Shown here piece after piece: positions 20,939-30,931 of a stretch of 64,000 nt of DNA. The stretch spans positions 608,001-672,000 of the forward strand of contig CAXXRD010000002.1 of the NCBI GenBank assembly GCA_963663895.2, in the 5' to 3' direction. The DNA is from Dehalococcoidia bacterium. Lineage in GTDB: Bacteria > Chloroflexota > Dehalococcoidia > Bin125. The notes beneath the pieces were generated by a model, which saw only the letters and a list, made by a program, of their open reading frames with translations, was not told the DNA's origin and ran no database searches. The stretch's first letter is position 1, and each line of letters begins with the position of its first letter. Position numbers and translations under genes: made by a program.

Positions 20939-21979
20939 GTGAAGCTGCCGCCAGGCGAGCTTGGGACTTTTTTTCATAGACCTAGAAGTGCGCGCGACTG
21001 GGCGCGGCTGATCGCGTGGGCTGTGCTGATCATCGGGCTGGCGGCACCCGCCATCCGCATCACCGTCGGCTACAGCGCCATCGGGCTCGCATTCACGCTG
21101 CCGGTCGCGCTGGGAGCCCTTCTCTGGGTGGCGCCGCGGCGCTACGAATTCCGTACCTGGGCATTCTATGTCGTTGCGATCTACTTCTTCACACAGCTGC
21201 GCGATGCGGCCGACGAGACGTCGATCAAGGCCAGCACGGCCTACGTCCTAGACTGGGAGCTGTGGATGTTCGGCGGAACCACGCCCTCCGCCTGGCTCCA
21301 GGACGCGGCGGGCGGAGCCGACGGCGATCCGAACGCACTGGGATTCTTCTCGACCTTCGTGCACTGGACCTGGTTCGCCTTTCCGCACGCGGTCGTATTC
21401 GCAACGTTCTTCTTAGCGCGGGAGCTGTTCTTCCGAGTCGCGGTCATCGTCGCGGGCACCTTCTTCTTCGGCGCGGCGCTGTACTATCTGGTGCCCACGG
21501 TGCCCCCTTGGCTGGCCGCCGAGGAAGGAGCCACGAGTGGGATCCGGCGGATCATGGAGGATGTAGGACCGACGGTGTTCGGACAGCAGTTCTGGGACGA
21601 CGCGTTCCGGCTGTTCGCGGAGCCGAATCCACGCGCGGCTATGCCCTCCCTGCACTTCGCGGTCTCGTTCGTCGTCTTGATCGTGGCCCTGATCGTGCGA
21701 TCGCGGCGGCTCTTCACGCTTACGGTGCTGTACTGCATCGTGCTGGCGTTCTCGCTGATGTACCTGGGCGAGCACTACTTCGCGGACATCCTGGCAGGCG
21801 GGATCTCGGCCCTGGCGGCGTACTTCATCTTCGAGACGGCGCTGGGGCAAGGTCCGGGCGCCCGCTTGTGGAGACCGCTGAAGCGGCAGTTCGAAGGAAG
21901 GGAATACAAGCGGACGGCCTACTGGCCACCGTGGAGTCGGGTCCATCAGCGAAAAGCACGGCATCCGGAGCCAACCTAG
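20939..21979 (+). CDS. PAP2-family (AUR1/IPC-synthase-like) membrane phosphotransferase/phosphatase
   Basis: PTVPPW, AAMPSLH, GEHYFADIL; start GTG 20939 inferred. Confidence 0.85.
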   Translation: MKLPPGELGTFFHRPRSARDWARLIAWAVLIIGLAAPAIRITVGYSAIGLAFTLPVALGALLWVAPRRYEFRTWAFYVVAIYFFTQLRDAADETSIKASTAYVLDWELWMFGGTTPSAWLQDAAGGADGDPNALGFFSTFVHWTWFAFPHAVVFATFFLARELFFRVAVIVAGTFFFGAALYYLVPTVPPWLAAEEGATSGIRRIMEDVGPTVFGQQFWDDAFRLFAEPNPRAAMPSLHFAVSFVVLIVALIVRSRRLFTLTVLYCIVLAFSLMYLGEHYFADILAGGISALAAYFIFETALGQGPGARLWRPLKRQFEGREYKRTAYWPPWSRVHQRKARHPEPT

Positions 21980-21989
21980 GCGGTGATGT

Positions 21990-23075
21990 ATGGCGGGCCG
22001 ACTTCGCAATCGGCTACTGGGACCCGGCACGCGCGTGCTGCTCGGGTTCGTCGTGAGCGCCGTTTTCGTCGTGCTGTTCCTGCGCGGGACCGACTTCGGC
22101 GCGGTCGCCGATGCCTTCCGCGAGGCCAACGTCGTCCTGATCTTGCTGGGGATCGCCGCCTACTTCGCGGGAGTGTGGTTCCGAGCGGCGCGCTGGCACT
22201 ACCTGTTCATGCCCGTGCGGCCGATCCCGGCCCGGCAGCTGTTCCCGATCGTGGCGATCGGATACGCCACGAATAACATCCTGCCAGCCCGGACGGGCGA
22301 AGTCATACGCGCCCACGTCTTCGGGCAGCGCTTCGGCGTGAGCCCGTTGGCGGGACTGGGAAGCGTCGCCATGGAGCGGCTGTTCGACGGGTTGCTATTG
22401 ACGTTCTTCCTATGCGTCGGCGTAGCGGCAAGCCTCGTGGGCGTGTTCGGGATGGCATACGCGGGGGACGTGCTCACCGCGGCGATGGTTTTCCTGGTCT
22501 TCGGTGTCAGCGTGGCGTTTCTCTTGAGCTACCGGATCGCGCGCTACCCGCGCACGACGGGCCGGACCATCCGCCGCTTGCTCCGGCGGCTGCCGGGTCT
22601 GCGATCGCTCGATCACCGCTGGGTGGATACCTTTATCTCGGGACTGGGAGCGCTGCGGCGAAGGCGGCTGGCGACCGCGGCCCTCTGGACCAGCGCCGTC
22701 GCCTGGGGCTTCGAAGCGCTGACCTATTGGCTGGTGGGCGAGGGCTTCGGGCTGGACCTGGCCTTCCCCGTCTATCTGCTCACCGCCGCCGCGGCGAACA
22801 TCATTATCACGGCGCCGTCGACGAGCGGCGGCATCGGGCCTTTCGAGTGGGCGGTGAAATCGGTGGTGCTCATCTTCGCATCGGGAGAAGGCGCCGAGGA
22901 GGTCGCGATCGCATACGCGGCCGCTTTGCACGGACTCGTCCTGGTCCCGATCACGATCGTCGGGCTGGGCTTCCTCTGGATCCTGCACGTGCCGATCAGA
23001 CGCCATGTGCGGGTCGGCATGGGTACCGACGATGAAGCCGCGGCGGAGCCCGTGACGCCGCCGCGGAACTCTTAG
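21990..23075 (+). CDS. Lysylphosphatidylglycerol-synthase TM / flippase-like (UPF0104) membrane protein
   Basis: RAARW, NNILPARTGE, ERLFDG, PSTSGGIGPFE. Confidence 0.85.
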   Translation: MAGRLRNRLLGPGTRVLLGFVVSAVFVVLFLRGTDFGAVADAFREANVVLILLGIAAYFAGVWFRAARWHYLFMPVRPIPARQLFPIVAIGYATNNILPARTGEVIRAHVFGQRFGVSPLAGLGSVAMERLFDGLLLTFFLCVGVAASLVGVFGMAYAGDVLTAAMVFLVFGVSVAFLLSYRIARYPRTTGRTIRRLLRRLPGLRSLDHRWVDTFISGLGALRRRRLATAALWTSAVAWGFEALTYWLVGEGFGLDLAFPVYLLTAAAANIIITAPSTSGGIGPFEWAVKSVVLIFASGEGAEEVAIAYAAALHGLVLVPITIVGLGFLWILHVPIRRHVRVGMGTDDEAAAEPVTPPRNS

Positions 23076-24307
23076 GCCGGAGCGGTCGCCATCGCCGGGA
23101 GGCGGCCGGTGCGGTAGACCGCTCGCAAGTCGGCCTGGGACAGCGACCAGGCCAGCACCAAAGCGATGAACGTCGCGGGAGAGGCGATCAGCAAGATGCG
23201 CACGTTGATCACGTCGGCGAGCGCGCCGTTGCCGAAGATCATGGTCGCCATGGTGCCGGCGGCGAGCAGGACGTAGAGACTCATCACTCGCCCGCGCAGC
23301 GCGTCGGAGACCACTTCCTGGATGAAGGTTGCGGACAGGGCCATGAAGACTGCCTGGGCGGCGCCGACCACGACGGCCGCCGCGACGGCCGTCACCGGAC
23401 CCGAGGCCACTGCCAGCCAGAGCATCGCCGCGCCCGAGAGCACGCCGGTGCCCAAGAAGGTCGCGCCGCGCGCCGCGCCGTTGTGAACGAAAGAAAGGAT
23501 CAACGTACCCACGAGTGCGCCAGCACCGACGCCAGCGAGTAACGCGCCGAAGGCGCCGGATCCGCGCCCCAGAGCGTCGGTCGCGAAGATGGGAAGCAAG
23601 GAGTCGAATGACATCACCAGCATGCAGTGGAACATGGTGAGCGCGAAAACCAGCATCAGCGGGCGGTGCTGGCCGACGTAGCGCACGGCTTCGCGGATGC
23701 CGCGCCCGGCCGCGCGAAACCCGCCCTCGGTACCGGCGAGTCCGCCAGAGGAGCGCACGCGGAAGCGGATGAACACGAGCGCGGAGACGGCGTAGAACAC
23801 GGCGCCGAGCACGAAGAGCCAGCCGGGCCCGACCCCCGCGATCAGCGGCGCGCCCACGAGTGGCCCGATGAAGCGGGAACCATGGCGGGCGAGGCTGGCG
23901 AGCGTGATCGCGTTGAGCAGCGAATCTCGATCGACCACGTTCGGGATCAGGGCCTGCTCGGCGGGGATCTCGAAGATGCGAACGACGCCAGAGGCGGCGG
24001 CGATGACGATGAGATGCCAGATCGCGATCACGTCCGTGAAGGCGAGCGCCGCCAATGCAAAGGCGAGGCCCATCAAGGCGACGCGCCCCCAGAGCACCAG
24101 CCGCGCCCGGTCGAAGCGGTCGGCGAAGGCGCCGCCGATGGGTGCCAGGGCCCAGGGCGCCATGGCGGCGAAGGTGACGGCGCCGACGGCCAATCCGCTG
24201 CCGGAGAGCTCGAAAACGAGCCAGCCCCGAGCCATGAGCATGGCCCATAGCGACGCGGCGGCAACCGCGGAAGAGAGCCAGAGCGTGCGGTAGTCCGCAT
24301 AGTGCAT
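23072..24307 (-). CDS. MFS transporter
   Basis: ~12 TM segments, GAFADRFDR, LRGRVMS. Confidence 0.9.
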   Translation of the reverse strand: MHYADYRTLWLSSAVAAASLWAMLMARGWLVFELSGSGLAVGAVTFAAMAPWALAPIGGAFADRFDRARLVLWGRVALMGLAFALAALAFTDVIAIWHLIVIAAASGVVRIFEIPAEQALIPNVVDRDSLLNAITLASLARHGSRFIGPLVGAPLIAGVGPGWLFVLGAVFYAVSALVFIRFRVRSSGGLAGTEGGFRAAGRGIREAVRYVGQHRPLMLVFALTMFHCMLVMSFDSLLPIFATDALGRGSGAFGALLAGVGAGALVGTLILSFVHNGAARGATFLGTGVLSGAAMLWLAVASGPVTAVAAAVVVGAAQAVFMALSATFIQEVVSDALRGRVMSLYVLLAAGTMATMIFGNGALADVINVRILLIASPATFIALVLAWSLSQADLRAVYRTGRLPAMATAPA

Positions 24308-24554
24308 GGCGGGGAAATGCCGGGGCCGGGATTCGCTCTCGGGTCGCAGGGTGCGCCGCCAGTCGCTCTCGGTCGCGAGGGTGGACGCAGTCTAGGGGTG
24401 GGGGCGACGCCGTAGTGTAAGCGCGCGCCGGGCAGGCCTTTACTCTGCTCCGTCCGGAGCCGATATTGGCCCGAGAGCGAGACCAGCCCGAAGCGGGCAC
24501 GAACCGCAGCCTCGCCGTCCGGGAACGGTCGGCGCGATCCGAGCAGGAGCAGCG

Positions 24555-26228
24555 ATGACCCTCGATCCCAGACACCGCAGCCATATCCTGGTCGACGGCC
24601 CGGCGCGCGCGCCGGCGCGCTCGTACTTCAAGTCGATCGGATTGACAAGCGAGGACCTGCGCAAGCCGCTGGTGCTGGTGGCGCATAGCTGGACCGGGAC
24701 GATGCCGTGCAACTTCAGCCAGCGCGTGCTGGCGGAGTCGGTGATGAGCGGGGTGCGAGAGGCGGGCGGCACGCCGATGGAGGTCAACACGATCGCGATC
24801 AGCGACGGGATCGCGATGGGGACGGAGGGGATGAAGGCGTCCTTGATCAGCCGGGAGGTGATCGCCGACTCGATCGAGCTGTGCGCCATCGGCTACTCGT
24901 TCGACGCCGCGATCGTGATCGTGGGGTGCGACAAGACGATCCCGGCCGGGCCGATGGCCCTCGCGCGCTTGGGCCTGCCGGGGCTCACGCTGTACAGCGG
25001 CTCGATCGACCCGGGCCGCTACGAGGGGCGTGACATCACGATTCAGGACGTTTTCGAGGGCGTGGGACAGCACGCCGCGGGATCGATCACGGAGGAGCAG
25101 CTCACGGCGATCGAGGACGCGGCCTGTCCCGGCGCGGGCGCCTGCGGCGCCCAGTACACGGCCAACACGATGGCGATGGTGACCGAGTTTCTCGGGATCG
25201 CGCCGCTGGGCAGCGGCAGCGTGGGCGCGACCGATCCACGCAAGGACGCGGTGGGGCGCGCGGCCGGACGCACGCTGATGGAGATGCTCGGACGAGGCGC
25301 GCGCGCGGGCGAGATCTTGACGCGCGAGGCGATCGAGAACGGGATCATCTGCGCGGCGGCGACCGGCGGCTCGACGAACGCCGTGCTGCACCTGCTCGCG
25401 ATCGCGCGAGAGGCGGGCGTGCCGCTGTCGATCGACGACTTCGACCGGATCAGTGAGCAAACGCCCTTGATCGGCGATCTGCGGCCGGGCGGGCGCTACG
25501 TGGCGCTAGACGTCGACCGGGCGGGGGGCACGCGCCTGCTGGCGAAGCGGCTCCTGGAAGCCGGGAAGCTGCACGGCGACGTGATGACCGTGACGGGCCG
25601 CACGATCGCGGAAGAAGCGGCACTGGCGGTGGAGACGCCGGGGCAGGACGTGATCCTGCCGGTCGAGAAGGCCCTCAAGCCGACGGGCGGGCTGGTGATC
25701 CTCCACGGCAACTTGGCGCCGGCGGGCTGCGTGGTGAAAGTGGCGGGACATGAGCGGCTGCGGCATCGGGGTCCCGCGCGGGTGTTCGAGCGGGAAGAAG
25801 ACGCCTTTGCCGCGGTGGTGGCGAAGGGGATCCGCTCGGGCGATGTGGTCGTGATCCGCAACGAGGGCCCGAAGGGCGGTCCGGGCATGCGCGAGATGCT
25901 GGGCGTCACGGCGGCGCTGGTCGGGGAAGGGTTGGGCGAGGAGGTGGCACTGCTGACGGACGGCCGCTTCAGCGGGGCGACGCGGGGCCTGATGGTGGGG
26001 CACGTGGCGCCCGAAGCGGCCGTGGGTGGCCCCATCGCCGTCGTGCAAGAGGGCGACACGATCAGCGTCGACATTGAGGAGCGGCGGCTGGACATCGAGA
26101 TCGACGAGGCGCAGCTGCAGCGCCGCCTCGCGGCCTGGACGGCGCCGGCCCCGCGCTACACGCAGGGCGTATTCGCCAAGTACGCGCGGAGCGTGTCCGG
26201 GGCCGAAGAGGGAGCGATCACGCGCTAG
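24555..26228 (+). CDS. ilvD: Dihydroxy-acid dehydratase
   Basis: PCN, SDGIAMG, GCDKT, CGAQYTANTM, GGSTN, GPGMREM, TDGRFSG. Confidence 0.96.
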   Translation: MTLDPRHRSHILVDGPARAPARSYFKSIGLTSEDLRKPLVLVAHSWTGTMPCNFSQRVLAESVMSGVREAGGTPMEVNTIAISDGIAMGTEGMKASLISREVIADSIELCAIGYSFDAAIVIVGCDKTIPAGPMALARLGLPGLTLYSGSIDPGRYEGRDITIQDVFEGVGQHAAGSITEEQLTAIEDAACPGAGACGAQYTANTMAMVTEFLGIAPLGSGSVGATDPRKDAVGRAAGRTLMEMLGRGARAGEILTREAIENGIICAAATGGSTNAVLHLLAIAREAGVPLSIDDFDRISEQTPLIGDLRPGGRYVALDVDRAGGTRLLAKRLLEAGKLHGDVMTVTGRTIAEEAALAVETPGQDVILPVEKALKPTGGLVILHGNLAPAGCVVKVAGHERLRHRGPARVFEREEDAFAAVVAKGIRSGDVVVIRNEGPKGGPGMREMLGVTAALVGEGLGEEVALLTDGRFSGATRGLMVGHVAPEAAVGGPIAVVQEGDTISVDIEERRLDIEIDEAQLQRRLAAWTAPAPRYTQGVFAKYARSVSGAEEGAITR

Positions 26229-26303
26229 CCCGCGCCACGCCGTGGGGCGCGAGCCTTGCCCTGCGATCGGGACACGCGCGAGAGGGCGAAACGGAGCGCC
26301 AGC

Positions 26304-27677
26304 CTAGAGAGGCGGCCGGCGCCTGTGCCAGTCGGTGGCTTGCTCGTAGGCGTGCGCGGCGCGGAGCAGCGCGGACTCCCCAAAGTGCCGTCCGCCCAGC
26401 ATCAGGCTGATGGGCAGGCCGTTGTCGCTGAGGCCGCAGGGGATGCTGATGGCGGGGATCGCCGTGACGTTGAAGTCCATGATGTAGCGAGCCAGCACGA
26501 ACTTGGGGTCGCCGGCCTCGATCGTGGGAGCGACGACGGGGCTGGTGGGTGAGGCCAGGACGTCGATCTCGTTGAAGAGGGCGCGGGTTTCGTCGATGAT
26601 CTTGGTGCGCAGACGCTGGGCCTGCACGTAGGCGGTGCCGGGGATAAGCGCGCCGGCCTCCAGCAGGGAGCGGGCGTCGTCGCCGTAGCGGTCGGCATGC
26701 TGGCGCAGCCAGGTGGAGTGATAGGCCGCCGCCTCCACGGCGAGGATCGGCGTGCGACGGGCCCCGTGCAGCAGCGGGAGATCGACCTCGTGGACCGTGG
26801 CGCCGAGACCCCGGAGCACGTCGATCGCCGCCGCGCAGGCGGCCTCGATCTCCGGGTCGCAGCGGGACCAGAAGAGCTTGCGCGCGATGCCGATCCGCAG
26901 GCCCTCCACGCCCCGGCCCAGATCACGGGTGAAGTCCTCCGCCGGATCCTCCGCAGAGCCTCCGTCGTTCGGATCGTAGCCGGCGATGGCGTTGAGCATC
27001 AGCGCAGCGTCCTCGACGGTACGCGTGAGGGGACCGACGTGATCGAGTGACCAAGAGATCATCACCACACCGCTGCGCCCCACGCGGCCGTAGGTCGGCT
27101 TGAGTCCCACGACGCCGCAGAGCGCGGCAGGGAGGCGAATGGAGCCACCGGTGTCGCTGCCCAACGTGGCGAGAGCGGAACCGGCCGCGACCGCCGCGGC
27201 GCTGCCGCCCGAGCTGCCGCCGGCGACGCGCGCAGGGTCCCAGGGGTTGCCAACCGGCCCGTAGTACGGGTTGATGCTGGTGGTGCTCATGGCGAACTCG
27301 TGCAGGTTGAGCTTGCCCACGAGCACGGCGCCGGCGTCGTAGAGCTTGCGAGTGACGAAGGCGTCGCGTTGGGGCACGCGATCGCGGAGGAAGTCCGAGC
27401 CGGCGGTGGTCGGAATGCCGGCGGTATCGATGATGTCCTTCAGCGCCACGGGGATACCGTGCAGGGGGCCGCGGTCGCGGCCGGCGCGAAGCTCCTCGTC
27501 GGCGCTGGCCGCTTGCTGGCGGGCGAGGGCGGCCGTGAGGGTGATGTAGGCGTTGATCGCGGGCTCGGTCGCGGCGGCGCGGGCGAGGACGGCATCGGTG
27601 AGGGCGGCCGCGGTAAGGGATCCATCGCGCAGGGCGGCGGCGGCTTCTCGGATCGTGAGGTCGTGCGGCTCGGACAC
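26304..27677 (-). CDS. Amidase (GatA/AtzE-like)
   Basis: GIPVALKD, GGSSGGS, GSDTGGSIRLPA. Confidence 0.9.
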   Translation of the reverse strand: MSEPHDLTIREAAAALRDGSLTAAALTDAVLARAAATEPAINAYITLTAALARQQAASADEELRAGRDRGPLHGIPVALKDIIDTAGIPTTAGSDFLRDRVPQRDAFVTRKLYDAGAVLVGKLNLHEFAMSTTSINPYYGPVGNPWDPARVAGGSSGGSAAAVAAGSALATLGSDTGGSIRLPAALCGVVGLKPTYGRVGRSGVVMISWSLDHVGPLTRTVEDAALMLNAIAGYDPNDGGSAEDPAEDFTRDLGRGVEGLRIGIARKLFWSRCDPEIEAACAAAIDVLRGLGATVHEVDLPLLHGARRTPILAVEAAAYHSTWLRQHADRYGDDARSLLEAGALIPGTAYVQAQRLRTKIIDETRALFNEIDVLASPTSPVVAPTIEAGDPKFVLARYIMDFNVTAIPAISIPCGLSDNGLPISLMLGGRHFGESALLRAAHAYEQATDWHRRRPPL

Positions 27678-27679
27678 GG

Positions 27680-27886
27680 TCAGCCGGACGCAGGGCGCGG
27701 AGGGCGCAGGCTGGAGGCGGGCTGAACCTGGTCAAGGTCCAACTCGGCGAAGGCGCCGAAGCGATCGAGGAGGATCTCGGCCAGGGGCGCGATCTCGGCC
27801 AGGCGTTCGTCGCTGATGGAGAGCCGGGCCGCATCGGCGAGGGTGCGTAGGCGGGCGAGTCGCTGCGAATCGATCTCGGGTGGCAT
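27680..27886 (-). CDS. Small GatC/AtzG-like amidase partner protein
   Basis: 68 aa, LA..ARL.ISDE.L...LDL..V.P pattern, stop 2 nt upstream of the amidase start. Confidence 0.6.
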   Translation of the reverse strand: MPPEIDSQRLARLRTLADAARLSISDERLAEIAPLAEILLDRFGAFAELDLDQVQPASSLRPPRPASG

Positions 27887-28011
27887 AAGGAAATGATAGC
27901 AACGGATCCGAGGTGGGGCATGGAAGAGTACCTAACGGAAGCAGAGTCGCGTGTGGTCTCCCGATCGGCCAGAATGGCCGAGCCGCAGCGCCGGACGTTC
28001 GCGGCTGAGGA

Positions 28012-29223
28012 GTGTCGATGGGCAAGAACGCAGCGCGCTCGATCCGCGACAAGGTATGCGTGGTCGGCGTGGGGGAGAGCGAGTACGGGCGGCACGGATC
28101 GATCGCCCGGCCGGAGTTCCAGCTCGCGATCGAGGCGATCCTGGCGGCGTGCAGCGACGCGGGGCTGGATCCGCGCCAGCTGAACGGGTTCGCGTCGTAT
28201 GCGAACGATCGCAACGACGCGATCCGGATTGCGACGGCGCTGGGCGTCGAGCAAACCGCGTTCAACAACATGCATTGGGGGGGAGGCGGGGGCGGCGTGG
28301 CCGGGGCGGTGGCGAACGCGGCGGCGGCGATCGTCGCCGGATACGCGGACTACGTGGTCGCCTACCGAGCGCTGGCGCAGGGGCAGTTCCGCCGCTTTGG
28401 GCAGGCGAGCGTCACCGGCCGGAGCCGCGGACAGGATATGTGGCGGCTCGCGGTGGGGCTGCTGACGCCGCCGCAGCGGTTCGCACTGCCGATCAGGCGT
28501 TACATGTACGAGTACGGCGTAACGAGCGAACAGCTCGGACTCATCGCGGTGGCCAGCTACAAGCATGCGCAGCACAACCCGCGCGCCGTCATGAACGGCA
28601 GGCCGATCACGATCGAGGATCACCAAAACTCACGCATGATCGCGGATCCCTTGCGGCTCTACGACTGCTGCCAAGAAACGGACGGCGCGGCGGCGGTAAT
28701 CCTGACGACGCCCGAGCGGGCGCGGGACCTGCGGCGGCCCCTGGTCTATCTGGCGGGAGCGGCGCAGGGCGCCGGCTATCGTGAGGGAGCCATGAGCGAC
28801 AACCGGCCCAACTACACGACGGCCGCGTTCTCGGACGTGGCGCGGCGGCTGTATGCGTCGGCGGGGATGGGGCCGGAGGAGATCGACGTGGCGCAGATCT
28901 ATGAGAACTTCACCGGGCTGGTGCTGATGGCGATGGAGGATTTCGGATTGTGCGGGCGGGGGGAAGCGGGCCGGTGGGTAGAGGGCGGGCGGATCGAGCA
29001 CAAAGCCGTGGCGGATGCGGGGGCGCCGCACGCCGGCGCCTTGCCGATCAACACCAGCGGCGGCAACTTGGCCGAGGCCTACACCCACGGATTCGAGTTG
29101 ATGGTGGAGGCCACGCGGCAGCTCCACGGCACGGCAACCCTGCCGGTGGAGGGCGCGCGCACCTCCTTGCTGGTGAGTGGTCCCGGGGTGGCGCCGGCAA
29201 GCGCCCTGATCTTGCACAACTGA
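28012..29223 (+). CDS. SCP-x/thiolase-fold protein, Ltp2-type aldolase-like
   Basis: DCCQETDGA, AQIYENFT, INTSGGNLAEAYTHG; GGGGGG where thiolases have the nucleophilic Cys. Confidence 0.85.
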   Translation: MSMGKNAARSIRDKVCVVGVGESEYGRHGSIARPEFQLAIEAILAACSDAGLDPRQLNGFASYANDRNDAIRIATALGVEQTAFNNMHWGGGGGGVAGAVANAAAAIVAGYADYVVAYRALAQGQFRRFGQASVTGRSRGQDMWRLAVGLLTPPQRFALPIRRYMYEYGVTSEQLGLIAVASYKHAQHNPRAVMNGRPITIEDHQNSRMIADPLRLYDCCQETDGAAAVILTTPERARDLRRPLVYLAGAAQGAGYREGAMSDNRPNYTTAAFSDVARRLYASAGMGPEEIDVAQIYENFTGLVLMAMEDFGLCGRGEAGRWVEGGRIEHKAVADAGAPHAGALPINTSGGNLAEAYTHGFELMVEATRQLHGTATLPVEGARTSLLVSGPGVAPASALILHN

Positions 29224-29696
29224 TGGCGGAGTTCGTCGACAGCCAGTACTTCCCCGAGGGCTATGCCGTCCCCGACCCGAACGACGCCCTGAGCCGCGGC
29301 TTCTGGGAGGCGGCACGCGAGGGGCGCCTCGTGGTGCAGCAGTGCCGCGACTGCCCAACGGTGCAGCATCCGCCGGAGGTACTCTGCCACGCTTGCCACT
29401 CGTTCGACCTGGGCTGGAAGGATGTCTCCGGGCGGGCAACGATATACAGCTTCACGCGCACGGTGCATCCGGCCAACGACCTACTGCGCGAGCGCGGCCC
29501 CTACAACGTGGTGCTGCTGCAGCTTGACGACCATCCGGAGGTCCGGATGCTGGGGAACGTGCTCGACGCCGACGAGGAGGGCGCGCTGGCGATCGGAATG
29601 CCGCTGCGGGTGGTCTTCGAGCGCACGGCCGTCGATCCGGACGTCGGCGAGATCGTGCAGCCCCGCTGGCGGTTGGCCGAGCCCGAGTCCGGCTAG
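29223..29696 (+). CDS. DUF35 Zn-ribbon/OB-fold protein (thiolase/aldolase partner)
   Basis: ATG overlaps upstream TGA; FWEAAREGRL..QQCRDC..CHACHS..G.ATIYSFT. Confidence 0.88.
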   Translation: MAEFVDSQYFPEGYAVPDPNDALSRGFWEAAREGRLVVQQCRDCPTVQHPPEVLCHACHSFDLGWKDVSGRATIYSFTRTVHPANDLLRERGPYNVVLLQLDDHPEVRMLGNVLDADEEGALAIGMPLRVVFERTAVDPDVGEIVQPRWRLAEPESG

Positions 29697-29730
29697 CGAC
29701 GACCACCCGCGAGCAGCGAGAGCAGAGTCC

Positions 29731-30567
29731 GTGCGCGCGACGATCTTGGGCAGCGGACAGTCGATGTTGAACGCGCGCCGGGCGGGCGCGGCGATCTTCG
29801 TTGAGGGGACGGCCAACGCTCCCGGGATCCTTCTGGACTGCGGTCCCGGGTCGCTGGAGCGGGCCCAGGCCGCGGGAATCGGGCTGGAGCGCGTGGCTGC
29901 CGTGTTCCTCAGCCACCTGCACTTCGATCACGCCCTAGCGCTGGCGGAGTTGCTGACCCGGTTGGCGTTCGGGGGACGCGAGCCGCCCCCGGTCTATGGA
30001 CCGGAGGGAGCCGCGCAGTACGCGTCGAGCGCGGTGGAATACGCGCGGACGCAGCTCCGCTACCTGAGCGGAGGACGGCGGCTGCCGCTACTGGGTTCGG
30101 TCCGCGTCGAGGAAGTAACGGAAGGGGAGGCCCTGGAGGCGGCCGGTTTCGAGGTGGAATCGGTAACGGTGCCGCACTCGGAGATGCTGGTCGCGCAGGC
30201 GCGCCGCATCGCAGGGGATGGCCGGACGCTCGTGTACAGCGGCGACAGCGGGCCGGCGAGCGCGCTGATGACGGCATTCGCTCGGGGCTCCGACGTGCTG
30301 GTGCACGAGTGCTACGGCCGGCCCGCACTCGAACGGTACGCGTCGCGGTTGGACGCGCAAGGAGCACGGTCGATCAAGGCGGCCTTCGCCCGCTCTCACA
30401 GCGAGGTGGGAAGCGTCTCGCGGATAGCGGCGGCGGCGCGAGCGGGCCGGCTGGTACTAACGCATTTGCTGCCGACGGAAGAGGACGGGGAATTGGCAGA
30501 GGCGGCCCGCCGCGAGTACGCGGGCCCGGTGACCGTGGCGCGGGACGGGCTCGTGGTGGAGGTATAG
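29731..30567 (+). CDS. MBL-fold metallohydrolase (RNase Z/arylsulfatase-like)
   Basis: LLDCGPG, SHLHFDH, YSGDS, LVHEC, LVLTH; GTG start inferred. Confidence 0.85.
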   Translation: MRATILGSGQSMLNARRAGAAIFVEGTANAPGILLDCGPGSLERAQAAGIGLERVAAVFLSHLHFDHALALAELLTRLAFGGREPPPVYGPEGAAQYASSAVEYARTQLRYLSGGRRLPLLGSVRVEEVTEGEALEAAGFEVESVTVPHSEMLVAQARRIAGDGRTLVYSGDSGPASALMTAFARGSDVLVHECYGRPALERYASRLDAQGARSIKAAFARSHSEVGSVSRIAAAARAGRLVLTHLLPTEEDGELAEAARREYAGPVTVARDGLVVEV

Positions 30568-30571
30568 GTCG

Positions 30572-30931
30572 ATGGAGGTGCAGGAGCTGACGGTGCTGGT
30601 GGGGAGCGATCAGCCCGAGGAGCTGGCACGGTTCTACGGGGAGCTGCTGGGGCTGCCGCGCGTATCGAAATACAGGGACCCGGTGTTCCGGGCAGGGGGC
30701 GCGAACCTACGGATCGCCCGGCACTCCGAGGTGACCGGACGAAACCGCACGCCCGCGCGCCACCTGCTGAATCTCTTCGTGGATGGCGATGTGAGCGCGG
30801 CGGTCGAGCGGCTGCGGCGGCTGGGGATCACGGTGGTGCGGGAGCCGGAACGGGAATGGTGGGGCGGGCTGGTATCGACGGTCGAGGACCCCGACGGAAA
30901 CTACGTGCAGCTGATCGAGGGGACTAGATAG
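30572..30931 (+). CDS. VOC/glyoxalase family protein
   Basis: FYGELLGL, EDPDGNYVQL. Confidence 0.85.
   Translation: MEVQELTVLVGSDQPEELARFYGELLGLPRVSKYRDPVFRAGGANLRIARHSEVTGRNRTPARHLLNLFVDGDVSAAVERLRRLGITVVREPEREWWGGLVSTVEDPDGNYVQLIEGTR

Noticed and set aside
22410-25460. 1016-aa minus-strand ORF and other long ORFs antisense to real genes (e.g. 2600..4477, 4954..6714, 7885..10080, 26923..28626)
   Set aside because: Shadow ORFs typical of high-GC DNA: Arg/Gly/Ala-rich, no motifs, overlapping well-supported genes.
26304-27886. Annotating these genes as gatA/gatC
   Set aside because: No gatB adjacent and the amidase is generic; gene symbols withheld.
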